Source: Trueperaceae bacterium
Lineage (GTDB): Bacteria; Deinococcota; Deinococci; Deinococcales; Trueperaceae
DNA length: 64,000 nucleotides
Direction: 5' to 3'
Assembly (NCBI GenBank): GCA_965214405.1
Contig: OZ243956.1
Location: 1,600,001-1,664,000 of the forward strand
The notes under the pieces are model-generated. The model had not been told where the DNA came from. It ran no database searches and saw nothing but the letters and a program-made list of their open reading frames with translations. Of this stretch, positions 1 through 9,859 are shown in pieces. Position numbers and translations under genes: made by a program. The number at the start of each line of letters is the position of its first letter. Within the stretch, counting starts at the first letter, position 1.

Positions 1-2
1 CC

Positions 3-848
3 TACGGCAGGCCGCTCATCGGCGCGCCCGAAGAGATTGAGTCTTACCGCGCAGACGAGGCGCGGGCCTTTTACAACGTCTACTACCAGCCCAACCGCGC
101 GGTGCTGGTTTTGGTCGGCGACCTGGAGCCGGAGCGCGACATAGAGCTTATAGAGCGTTACTTCGACTTTGTGCCCGCCGGGCCGGACGTCGAGACCGTC
201 ATCCCCGAAGAGCCCGAGCAGACGGAGGAGCGCCGCGTCACCGTGCCTTTCGACGCCGAGCCGCAGGTTTTGGTGGGCTACCACAAGCCGACCTTGCCCG
301 ACCGCGACGCGTACGTGCTCGACGTGATTGATTATGTGCTGAGCAACGGCCGCACCTCGCGCCTCTTTAGGCGCATGGTGACGGGTGACGAACTCGCCTT
401 GAGCGTTTCGACGAGCTCCGCCTCCCCCGGCATCCGCGACCCCAACCTGTTCGTCTTCGAGGGTCAGCCTCGAGCCCCCCACACCACGGAAGACTTAGAG
501 GCCGCTTTGTACGACGAACTGGACCGCCTCAAGAACGAACCCGTGAGTGAGGACGAACTTCAAAAGGCCAAAAACAACCTCCGCGCGAACGTGCTCCGCA
601 GCCTCGCTTCGGGAAGCGCGTTGGCGCAAAACTTAGCCTTTAACGAACTCTTCGCGGGTGGGTGGCAGAACCTGATTGACGACCTTGACCGCTACGACTC
701 GGTCACGCCGGAAGAGATCATGACGGTGGCGGCGCGCTATTTCACCCCGGAAAACCGCACCGTGGCGACGCTCGAGCCCCTCAGTGAAGCTGTGGAAGGA
801 GCTACCGGAGGAGACGCCGGGCAGACCGGGGGGAGTGGTGGAGAATGA
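3..848 (+). CDS. M16 family (insulinase/pitrilysin-like) zinc peptidase, C-terminal part; gene starts before the window
   Basis: The frame is open from the window edge (YNVYYQPNRAVLVLVGD). Peptidase_M16_C-like motifs: LSNGRTSRLFRRMV, VSEDELQKAK, VTPEEIMTVAARYF. Confidence 0.9.
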   Translation, partial: YGRPLIGAPEEIESYRADEARAFYNVYYQPNRAVLVLVGDLEPERDIELIERYFDFVPAGPDVETVIPEEPEQTEERRVTVPFDAEPQVLVGYHKPTLPDRDAYVLDVIDYVLSNGRTSRLFRRMVTGDELALSVSTSSASPGIRDPNLFVFEGQPRAPHTTEDLEAALYDELDRLKNEPVSEDELQKAKNNLRANVLRSLASGSALAQNLAFNELFAGGWQNLIDDLDRYDSVTPEEIMTVAARYFTPENRTVATLEPLSEAVEGATGGDAGQTGGSGGE

Positions 849-2326
849 ATAAGTTTATAAAGCTGGCAACCGTCCTAACGCTTCTCGTCTGGAGCGTGAG
901 TTTTGCGCAGACTCAAGCACCCACAGCAGCGCCGCCCGCACCCACCGAGACCCCCGTACCCGACACCTCCGTTCCCGCGGACTGGCCCGACCCGGCGGCG
1001 CTCGAGTTCTCACCCGTCGAGTACGAAGCGCCCGTCCCGACGCGGCATGAACTGTCCAACGGGATGGTGGTGTATCTGTTGGAAGACCACACCCTCCCGC
1101 TCATTAACGGCGCTGCTTACGTAAAAGCCGGAAGTTTTTACGACCCGGAGGACCAGGTGGGCTTGGCGAGCCTCACCGCCGACCTCATGCGGACGGGCGG
1201 CGCGGCGGGGCGGAGCGCGGACGAACTGGACGAAACGTTAGAAAGCCTCGCCGCCTCCGTCGAGGTGTCCGCCGCCGACCTCTACACCGCCGCGAGCTTT
1301 TCGGCGCTGCGCGAAAACATCGACGAGGTGCTGGGCGTGCTCGAAGACGTACTCACCGCGCCCGACTTCGAGCAGAGTCGCATCGAGATTGCGCGGGGCC
1401 GCGCGCTTGAAGCCATCCGCCGCCAGAACGACGACCCGGTGGGCATCGCCGTGCGCGAGTTTAACCGGCGTCTCGCCGAGGGCCACCCGGCGGGTTACGT
1501 GCCGACCGAGGAGACGGTCAACAACATCTCCCGCGAGGACATGGTGGCGTTTTACGAACGCTACTTCAAGCCCAACGCCACCGTGCTGGCCTTGAGCGGC
1601 GACTTTGATTCTGGGGCGATGCTGGAAACGCTCGAGACCACCTTCTCTGACTGGGAGTCCGCCGAGGTGGACTACCCCACGCTGCCGCCCTACAACCCGA
1701 CGCCCGAACCCAAGGTTTACGTCGCCGACAGAGCTTTGGGCCAGAGCATCATCATCATGGGTCACCCCAGCGTCTTCGCCTACAGCCCGGCCTACAACGA
1801 CCTGACGGTGGCAAATAACATCCTGGGCGGCGGGGGCTTCTCGAGCCGCCTGTTCACCGACATAAGAAGCAACCGCGGGCTGGCCTATTCGGTGGGGAGC
1901 CAGGTGGGGCAGGGCTTCGAGACGCCCGGCACCCTCCTACTCTTCTCCTTCACCCGCACCGAACGCACCGCCGAGGTGGTGGGGCTGCTTTTGGAAGGGC
2001 TCGAGCGCCTAGAAAGCGAACCCGTAAGCCCTGAAGAACTCACCACCCAGCGCGACGCGATCCTCAACCAGGCCATTTTCCGCTCCACCTCGCCCGCGGC
2101 GGTGGTGCAGCGTATCGCATTAGCAACCGAGATTTTGGGCCTGCCCACCGGCTACTACGACGACTACATCGCCCGCGTGAGCGCGGTCACGCCGGAGGAC
2201 GTGCTTAGCGTCGCCCAGCAAGAACTGCGCCCCGAGGACATGATTATCCTCGTGGTGGGTGACGTGTCGGAGTTCGACGCGCCCTTGGACCAATTTGGTG
2301 AGGTTGTGCCTATCGAGCTCGAGTAA
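845..2326 (+). CDS. M16 family peptidase-like subunit with signal peptide (lacks HXXEH; likely non-catalytic partner)
   Basis: Sec signal ending SFA-Q. LSNGMVVYLLEDHTLP; GLASLTADLM in place of HXXEH; SSRLFTDIRSNRGLAYSV. ATGA overlap with the upstream M16 gene. Confidence 0.9.
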   Translation: MNKFIKLATVLTLLVWSVSFAQTQAPTAAPPAPTETPVPDTSVPADWPDPAALEFSPVEYEAPVPTRHELSNGMVVYLLEDHTLPLINGAAYVKAGSFYDPEDQVGLASLTADLMRTGGAAGRSADELDETLESLAASVEVSAADLYTAASFSALRENIDEVLGVLEDVLTAPDFEQSRIEIARGRALEAIRRQNDDPVGIAVREFNRRLAEGHPAGYVPTEETVNNISREDMVAFYERYFKPNATVLALSGDFDSGAMLETLETTFSDWESAEVDYPTLPPYNPTPEPKVYVADRALGQSIIIMGHPSVFAYSPAYNDLTVANNILGGGGFSSRLFTDIRSNRGLAYSVGSQVGQGFETPGTLLLFSFTRTERTAEVVGLLLEGLERLESEPVSPEELTTQRDAILNQAIFRSTSPAAVVQRIALATEILGLPTGYYDDYIARVSAVTPEDVLSVAQQELRPEDMIILVVGDVSEFDAPLDQFGEVVPIELE

Positions 2327-2339
2327 ATCCTAAAGAGAC

Positions 2340-2372
2340 AGGGCGTGAGGAGTATCAACCACCTCACGCCCT
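2340..2372 (+). terminator. Hairpin after the M16 operon
   Basis: Inverted repeat AGGGCGTGAGG...CCTCACGCCCT just after the stop codon. Confidence 0.6.
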
Positions 2373-2679
2373 ATTATGTGATGCTGGTTCAACTCTGAAA
2401 GCCACCAAATTTCCCATTAAATTTTGGAAAAGGAGAATTACTTCTTAGCTTTGTTGAGTTTCTAACACTCAACAATTGTCATAATCTTCTGCTATGAGCG
2501 TATTAGTTATACATCTAAGTGATATCCACTTCAACGCAACCAACAATCCCTTGCTAAACAGGTTGGCTTCCCTCATTAACGCGATTGGTAGTGTTGGCAA
2601 ATCTGCCACTGGATGTGTTGTAGCTATTTCAGGTGATATCGCTTATTCCGGTGATTTAGAAGAATACATGATAGCACTA

Positions 2680-3870
2680 GTACCCCAACCAGGTAGCAAG
2701 TTAAGACAAAAGCTGCTATTTTTTCTTTCATGCCAGCAGCCATAAAGATAAGCTTACAAGCCGAAGAACGTACAGAGCTAGAAAAGTTAGCACGTGCGAA
2801 TAAGCGCTCGCTACGAGAAAAGACCCGTGCCCGCATTCTGCTGTTGTCGGACACCAACCGTGAGGAAGGCGCGTGGAAAGTCGAGGCGATACGAACCAAG
2901 CTAAGGGTCAGTCCACCTACGGTAGTGCGAGTCAAGAAGGCGTTTTTAGAGCGAGGTGTAGAGTCGGTATTTCGTAAAGAGCAACAGCAGCGCAAGGTAA
3001 GAGTGCTGGGTGGCGAAGCAGAGGCGTTTCTGATTGCCAGCGTTTGCAGCGAAGCTCCCAAGGGACGAAAGCGCTGGACCCTGGAACTGCTGCAAGACAA
3101 AGTGATTGCGGCGGGCTACGTCGATGGCGTTGCGAAAGAGACCATCCGACAAACGCTTAAAAAAACGAACTCAAGCCTTGGTTAAAGAAGTGCTGGGTGA
3201 TTCCACCCAAAGAGAACGCCCGCTTCGTCGCCCAAATGGAAGATGTACTGGAAGTCTACCAACGTCCGCACGACCCTAAGCGACCGGTGGTATGTTTGGA
3301 CGAAGCGTGTAAACAACTTACAAGCAGCGTCCAGGAAGACCTGCCCTTAGAGCCGGGCAAGCCTCAGCGTGTGGATTACGAATACGAGCGCCACGGCCAG
3401 GCCAACCTGTTCATGCTTTTTGCGCCACTTGAGGCGTGGCGTGAGGTGCAAGTTCATAAAACGCGCACTGCCGACGATTACGCCCATGTCATCCGCTATT
3501 TAGTGGACGAGTGCTTCCCCGACGCAAGCAAGGTCGTGCTGGTGCAGGACAACCTGAGCACCCACCACGCCAGCAGCCTTTACCAAACCTTTGCTCCCCA
3601 CGAGGCGCAACGGTTGGTCCAGAAGCTTGAAATCCACTACACACCTGTACACGGTTCGTGGTTGAACATGGCAGAAATCGAACTTTCCGTCTTGGCTAAA
3701 CAGTGTTTGGCTGACCACGTAGCCTCCGTGGACACTCTCAAAGAAGACGTTCAAGTCTGGGCTGGGCAGCGTAACAATCGTAAAAATACTGTGGACTGGC
3801 GCTTCACCACAGACGATGCCCGCGTTAAACTTAAACGACTTTACCCCTCTGTTCTACCTGGTTAGGGTAC
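2680..3870 (+). mobile_element. IS630-family insertion sequence
   Basis: TIRs GTACCCCAACCAGGTAG / CTACCTGGTTAGGGTAC (1 mismatch). TA duplication at 2678-2679 and 3871-3872 in a CTAG target. Confidence 0.95.
2730..3865 (+). CDS. IS630 transposase, HTH orfA (2730-3185) + DDE orfB joined by a -1 frameshift
   Basis: A7 run at 3159-3165 gives LKKNELKPWLKKCWVIPP. Motifs CLDE, VQDNLSTH, GSWLNMAEIE. Confidence 0.9.
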
Positions 3871-5396
3871 TAGAGTTCGTAGAAAATGTGCAAAAGGGAA
3901 TTGCTGAACGGCTAAATCTTGAAAAAGTGCATCTGGCAATAGTTCCGGGCAATCATGATTGCACGTTGGGATCTGAAAATGCAGCTCGCACTCGGATTAT
4001 TGAGCTACTATCAAAAAATCACGAAGATGCTAAAGAGGACACTATAATAGACATTTGCATATCAGCTCAAGAAAACTTTTTTTACTTTATGCATTCGTTG
4101 GAAACTCAGTATCTTAATCAGAATGGCTACCTTTACTACGAATACAGTTTTCCTTTTGAATCAAATGAGGTTGTGTTTCGCTGTTTGAACACCGCCTGGG
4201 TATCACAGTTACATGAGCGCGAAGGAACAATGATTTATCCAGTAGATATTGTCCCTGTTAGAGCAGATCAAGAGGCTGCCGTGGTTATTACAATGCTACA
4301 CCATCCATATAATTGGCTGGGCAACGAAAATGCTCGCGCTTTAAGAGATCGTCTTGAAAGTAACTCAGATATCATACTAACTGGGCACGAACATGTTGGT
4401 TCTCGCTATCAAAAAGTAACAGCACATGGACCACTTAATGAGTATCTTGAAGGCTGGGTGCTACAAGACAACTATAAAGATGAGAGTAGTCACTTTAGTG
4501 TCATTGAGCTTGATTTAGAAGCTAAGAAACAAAAAATCACCCATTTTTCTTACCTTGATAATCTGTATCGACCCACAGACTCATCCGATACAGCTTGGGC
4601 AAGCCTACAGGTTAATCAATTACAAAGTCAAAGAAAGTTCAAATTTAATTTAAATTTTGAGCGTTACCTTGATGATCCAGAAGCTACATTTACTAGTTCT
4701 AAAGGTGATTTAGGTCTGAAAGACCTCTATGTACATCCAATGCTGCAAGAGCAGAACTTTGATAACAAAGGCAAAGAAACATTTCGCTCTCACGACCTGC
4801 CAATCAGGTTGTTAGATAGTCCCCATATTGTAATTAGTGGTTCAAATCATTCAGGCAAAACAGCACTAGCCAAAATTTTGTGTCAAAGCTGCCTTAATGA
4901 AGGCTTGGTCCCCATTCTATTGGAAGGCAATAACATTAGCGATCCAAACGAAAGTCGAATTATGAATCAGATCTATCGAACATTTTCAAGTCAATATGAT
5001 GAAAGCGTCCTCGAAGAATTTAAGCAGTTGCCACCCAGTAAAAAAATAGTGATTTTAGATGACTATGCAAAACTGCGGCTTAACACTAAAGGGAGAAAAA
5101 AACTACTTGAAACCTTAAATAGAGAATTTACCTATATTGTTCTGTTCGCTGACGATTTCGCAATGCGTTTGGATGAAATAGTTCATCATAACGGCGATAG
5201 TCTAATGCGTTCGTTCAGCCGTTTCAGGATCCTCGAGTTTGGCTACAAACTAAGAGATGAAATGGCAATGCGTTGGCTGCGTCCGGAAGATGATTATACT
5301 ACAGATTTACAACAACTTAGCCGCCGACTTAAGCACGTCAGAGACGTCCTTGATACAGTTCTGGGACGGAATTTTATCCCTTCTTATCCCTTTTTT

Positions 5397-6526
5397 CTCA
5401 GTACACGACAGATTTGAAATAAAGGGCTCTCCAGTGAAGAATGGATGTTGCGAGACACCACTTCAAGGGAGAGCATATGAAGCATACCGGGTTGCTGGCA
5501 CAGTTGAAAGCGAGCGGCTTAAAGCTGCACCCGTCACGGCTTAAGTTCTTGAGCTTGTTGATGATCGCGATGGTGCAGGCAAAGACGGTGAACTTGGCGA
5601 CGTTGGTAGGCATGATGGAGGGCAGAGCCCAGCCGGACTCGCTTTACAGACGGGCGCAACGGTTTTTCCAAGGCTTGCACTTGGCCGATGAGACAGTTTT
5701 CAGGTACGCGCTGAGTCTAGGTCCCAAGCGAAGCTACAGCCTGTGCCTAGACCGGACGAACTGGAAGTTTGGCAAACTCGACATCAACATCTTGACCCTG
5801 GCTTATGCGCATGAGGGCGTAGCGGTTCCCTTACTGTGGTGTCTTTTGCCCAAGGCTGGCAACTCCGCCACGCAAGAACGCATTACGCTTTTGGAGCGTT
5901 TGCTAAAACTTTTGCCCGTAGACCAGCTAGAGGTGCTGCTAGCCGATAGGGAGTTCATCGGGGGCGACTGGTTCGCTTATCTTGAGCGTAAGCACATCCC
6001 TTTCGTTATCCGCGTGCGTAAAGACGCTCTCGGTGATGGCTGGTTTCATCTGTTCGGCTTTTTCCAGCATCTACCTGTGGGTGAGCACAAGGTACTTAAA
6101 CAGCGCTACACTGTCTTTGGTGTTGAGCTTGGGGTTGCAGGCGCGCGTTTAGAGGGTGGAGAATACATCATCGTCGTCACCAACCGCAATCCTAAGCAGG
6201 CCCTCGCAAGCTACGCGAAGCGCTGGCAGATAGAATGCTTGTTCAAAGCCTTGAAAAGCAGCGGCTTTGACTTTGAAGCTACGCATCTCAAGCACCTAGA
6301 GCGCATTAACACCTTACTTGTCGTTGTGACCCTGGCTTTCTTATGGGCCTTGAAAGTCGGAGCATTTGTTCACCGTCAGCTCAAACCTGTTCGAATGAAG
6401 TCGCACGGGCGCAAGCAGAAGTCTTTATTCCGGGCAGGCTTAGACCATCTCAGGCATCTGCTCACCAACTCGGCAACCAAAAAGCCTGACCTGGACCGCT
6501 GTTTTCGGCTTTTGTCGTGTACTTAG
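5397..6526 (+). mobile_element. IS4-family (IS10/ISAba1-like ends) insertion sequence
   Basis: TIRs CTCAGTACACGACA / TGTCGTGTACTTAG. The transposase stop lies inside the right TIR. No target duplication (left flank CCCTTTTTT, right flank CCGAAAAGG). Confidence 0.9.
5477..6526 (+). CDS. IS4-family DDE transposase
   Basis: LDRTNWKFG, LLADREFIG, YAKRWQIECLFKALK (YREK signature). GGAGAG RBS before ATG 5477. Confidence 0.92.
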   Translation: MKHTGLLAQLKASGLKLHPSRLKFLSLLMIAMVQAKTVNLATLVGMMEGRAQPDSLYRRAQRFFQGLHLADETVFRYALSLGPKRSYSLCLDRTNWKFGKLDINILTLAYAHEGVAVPLLWCLLPKAGNSATQERITLLERLLKLLPVDQLEVLLADREFIGGDWFAYLERKHIPFVIRVRKDALGDGWFHLFGFFQHLPVGEHKVLKQRYTVFGVELGVAGARLEGGEYIIVVTNRNPKQALASYAKRWQIECLFKALKSSGFDFEATHLKHLERINTLLVVVTLAFLWALKVGAFVHRQLKPVRMKSHGRKQKSLFRAGLDHLRHLLTNSATKKPDLDRCFRLLSCT

Positions 6527-7697
6527 CCGAAAAGGTATATAAGGAGGAGTTTGCGAATATCTTACTGTTCCTGACGCATCTGTCGAAAGATCCATACATA
6601 ATCAATGAATTGCTTAATAGATCCAAAGATTTATATAAGGATATGCCTCCAACAGACTTAGACAAAGACGTTGAGTTTCTAAATGATCTTCACAAAACCG
6701 TACCTAAATTTGTTTATGAGGATAAAGACCCTGAAGCTGTTAGAAACGAGTTAGCAGAGGAACTTGACAAGAATAGTAACCTTACAGGTCAAGAAATAGT
6801 TGAACCTGATTTGGATGAGCAGGAAGAGCAAGATCTCAAAGATATTTTAGAGGTAAATAAAGCTTATAAAATGATCCAAATTCTAGGTCAAATTTTGAAG
6901 AACTCGCCTGGTGCTATTAAAGGAGAACGGAAGTTAGAAGTTGCAAGCGAATGCTACAGTCTTAGTAGACGTCTATTATCTAAAATTTTTCATCTCATCA
7001 ATGATAACCTTGATGATGTAGTTCAAGACATTGTTGCAAGGATAGATGAGAAACATCCAGAAATAAAACATGATGAACTTATTGATGGAGTTCGTAAGTT
7101 CCTATTTATGCTAACTGAAACTGTTGGCTATGGCATGATTAAATGGGTCACACACTCTGTTGGATCAGATAAACTTGAAGAAACGTATAAGCAAATTCGT
7201 GAAGAAGATAAGTCTGTGGCAACTGCTCTAATTGATGTCTCAATCAAGTTTGACCACATAACAACGTATCCATACGATGACGTGAAAGAACTCAAGAAAC
7301 GACTGAAAAAGAATATCTACAGCTTTGGGCTCTTACAAATTCTTGCCTTGAGTCATATGGATTTGTACGCTGTCAACAGAGAAATGAAACAGCGCATGTG
7401 TCAATTGCTTGAAGTCGAATTTAGAGCCATACCTAGTCCAATCGCTATTGAACGAGGAGGTAATTAGATTTTCGCTTCTATGAGCTATAAGCAGGCGCTG
7501 CAAGGATCACTGAATCTTTCTGTTCAGATTCTGGAAGTCGTTCTAAATTATATCAAATTCATCCATTAACTGTTCAGCGCCCCTGAGCTTAATCTGTCAA
7601 GCGACACTTTCGTCCTTTTTAGGGTTTGCGCTAACATAAGTACACTTGGACCTTCACTTTTGTATCGGTAAAATGAAGATTTTACGAAGGGGCGGTA

Positions 7698-7919
7698 ATG
7701 ATAAAGCGGCGGACAAAAACGAAGTATGTACATGAAGGGCAATACGTAGCGGAGGTGGACGTCGCGTTAATTGAGGACGAGACCGAGTGGTCGCCCTACC
7801 TGAGCCTCGAGGACGCGTACAGATTGGACAACGTAAGAGAGGCACTTCGCCAAGGTGACCTGGGCGCGGCAGCTCAATATGACCGAATCTACGAGCTTCG
7901 ACCTGTTGCACATCAGTGA
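7698..7919 (+). CDS. Small hypothetical protein (possible TA-type partner)
   Basis: 73 aa, KYVHEGQYVAEVDV...WSPYLSLEDAYRLDNVREALRQGD. Resembles a small conserved family I recall in two-gene modules (unverified). Confidence 0.7.
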   Translation: MIKRRTKTKYVHEGQYVAEVDVALIEDETEWSPYLSLEDAYRLDNVREALRQGDLGAAAQYDRIYELRPVAHQ

Positions 7920-8004
7920 TTGCACAACAACAGCTTCCTCATCCAAAACCCGACCTTCCTTCAGAGCGTGGTATCCTCTTTGTAGATACTTTTGGGAGGT
8001 GAGG

Positions 8005-8247
8005 ATGAAAACTAAAGTTCAAAAATGGGGGAACAGTCTAGCACTACGCATTCCCAAGTCATTCGCCGCTGAGACTTCTCTCGAGCCCGACACCGAGGTT
8101 GACCTGAGTCTAGTCGAGGGCAAACTTGTAGTAACGCCTCTTGCCGGGACCGACTACTCGCTCGAGGGGTTGCTCGAGGGCGTCACCGAAGAAAACATCC
8201 ACGCTGAGGTAGACACAGGGGCTTCCGTCGGTCATGAGGCTTGGTAG
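8005..8247 (+). CDS. mazE: MazE/AbrB-family antitoxin
   Basis: MKTKVQKWGNSLALRIPK; RBS GGAGGTGAGG; overlaps mazF. Confidence 0.93.
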   Translation: MKTKVQKWGNSLALRIPKSFAAETSLEPDTEVDLSLVEGKLVVTPLAGTDYSLEGLLEGVTEENIHAEVDTGASVGHEAW

Positions 8248-8576
8248 TGGCTTACGTCCCTGAGCGTGGTGACGCCGTGTGGATTGACTTCAACCCTCAA
8301 GCAGGTCATGAACAAGCAGGCAGACGTCCGGCGCTGGTTCTGTCACCACTCTCCTACAACCAGAAGGTTCGTCTAGCGCTCCTTTGCCCAATCACCAACC
8401 AAATCAAGGGCTATCCCTTCGAGGTGCCCCTACCAAAAGGTGAGGTTTCAGGCGTTGTCCTTGCGGACCAAGTCAAAAGCTTGGACTGGCAAAGGCGTAA
8501 GGTTGAGCTTATCACCCGACTTCCGGACGATACGGTCACCGACGTTGTAAAGCGGCTCAGGGCACTTCTTCCCTAA
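8241..8576 (+). CDS. mazF: MazF/PemK endoribonuclease toxin
   Basis: YVPERGDAVWIDFNPQAGHEQAGRRPALVLS, CPIT, KGYPFEV, ADQVKSLDW. Confidence 0.95.
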   Translation: MVVAYVPERGDAVWIDFNPQAGHEQAGRRPALVLSPLSYNQKVRLALLCPITNQIKGYPFEVPLPKGEVSGVVLADQVKSLDWQRRKVELITRLPDDTVTDVVKRLRALLP

Positions 8577-8710
8577 GCCCTGCCGCCAGACTGTGCGCAG
8601 CAAGGAACGCCAAAGCGGCTTGCCAAGAGTCTGAAGTAGATTTGGGCGCAGGTCAACCCACACGCCCACGACGCCTAAACCCTCGAGCCTGCCTCGTTAG
8701 AACTTTGCTT

Positions 8711-9238
8711 ATGTAGATACAGCAGCTTGATACTTACCACGCCGCGGCCTACCAAAGGATTCGCCTGCAAGCCCTGCGTGAGTACCCGACGGCGTTTAAC
8801 TCGAGCTACGAGGAAGAAAGGGAGCGCCCTGTATCAGCGTTTGAGGCGTCGCTGGTGCCGAGTCCAACCCGCGTCATGTTTGGCGCTTTTGATGATGCCC
8901 ACCTTGTAGGGACGGTAAGCGTTGGGCGAGACGGACGCCGCAAGGTCAAGCACAAAGGCAGTATCAGTAGCATGTACGTTTCGCCGGACTACCGTCACCG
9001 AGGGCTTGGCAAGGGATTATTGGCGCACGCGCTCGAGTTTGCGGATTCGCAAATGGGTTTGGTCCAGCTAACGCTCGTGGTGAACGCCGCCAACACATCG
9101 GCCATCTCACTCTACGAATCGTTTGGCTTCGAGTCGTTCGGCCTCGAGCCCGCCGCCGCGTTTATTGACGGCGTGTTTCATGATGAGATGCACATGGTGC
9201 GTCTCTCCTCAGTTCAAACTTTAGCCGCTAAGCCGTAA
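8711..9238 (+). pseudogene. GNAT acetyltransferase with an amber stop at codon 2
   Basis: ATG TAG ATA CAG... reads M*IQQLDTYHAAAYQRIRLQALREYPTAFNSSYEEE in frame with ORF 8855-9238 (MYVSPDYRHRGLG, N..AISLYESFGF). Confidence 0.75.
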
Positions 9239-9859
9239 AGCAAGCCTTAAAACCAACCCTTGCGCCTAAAATAGGCCACCAGCCCCACCGTCACGAGAAT
9301 CATCACGCCCCACACCGCCGCGTAGCCCCAGCGCCACCCCAGCTCGGGCATAGTCGCAAAGTTCATCCCGTAAACCCCGACGATAAAGGTCAGCGGGATA
9401 AAGATGGTGGCGATAATGGTCAAGACCTTCATCACCTCGTTCATGCGGTTGGACACGCTCGAGAGATAAACTTCTAAAAGGCTCGTCAAGAGGTCGCGGT
9501 AGGTCTCAACCGTGTCGATGACCTGGACCGTGTGATCGTAGACGTCGCGTAAGTAGGCGAGTACGGCGGGGGTAAAGAGCGAGTTTTCCTCGCGGTAGAG
9601 CGCGCTCAAGACCTCGCGGAGCGGCCACACCGACTTGCGCAGGAAAATCATCTCGCGCCGGTAGGTGTTGATGCGCCCCAGAAGCGCGGGGGTGGGCGCG
9701 TCAATGACCTCCTCTTCTAAGTCCTCGATAATCTCGCCGTAACGCTCGAGGATCAAAAAGTGCGTATCGACCACCATATCCATGAGCGCGTACGCGAGAT
9801 AGTCCGCGCCCTGACGGCGAATCTTGCCCTTGCTCTTCGCTATCCTGTCGCGCACCGGG

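Larger units (their letters stand above)
2494..7467 (+). pseudogene. Calcineurin-like metallophosphoesterase + STAND/NACHT-like NTPase + helical C-terminus (NLR/Avs-like), in three pieces (2494-2679, 3873-5396, 6527-7467) split by two IS elements
   Basis: Phosphoesterase motifs HLSDIH, SGD, PGNHD, HHP, LTGHEH. Walker A GSNHSGKT, Walker B IVILDD. Removing the IS630 element rejoins EEYMIAL|EFVENVQ in frame. AT-rich relative to the flanks. Confidence 0.85.

Noticed and set aside
8714..8716. Amber recoding (pyrrolysine or alternative code)
   Set aside because: TAG is used as a normal stop in many genes here and no pyl machinery is present.
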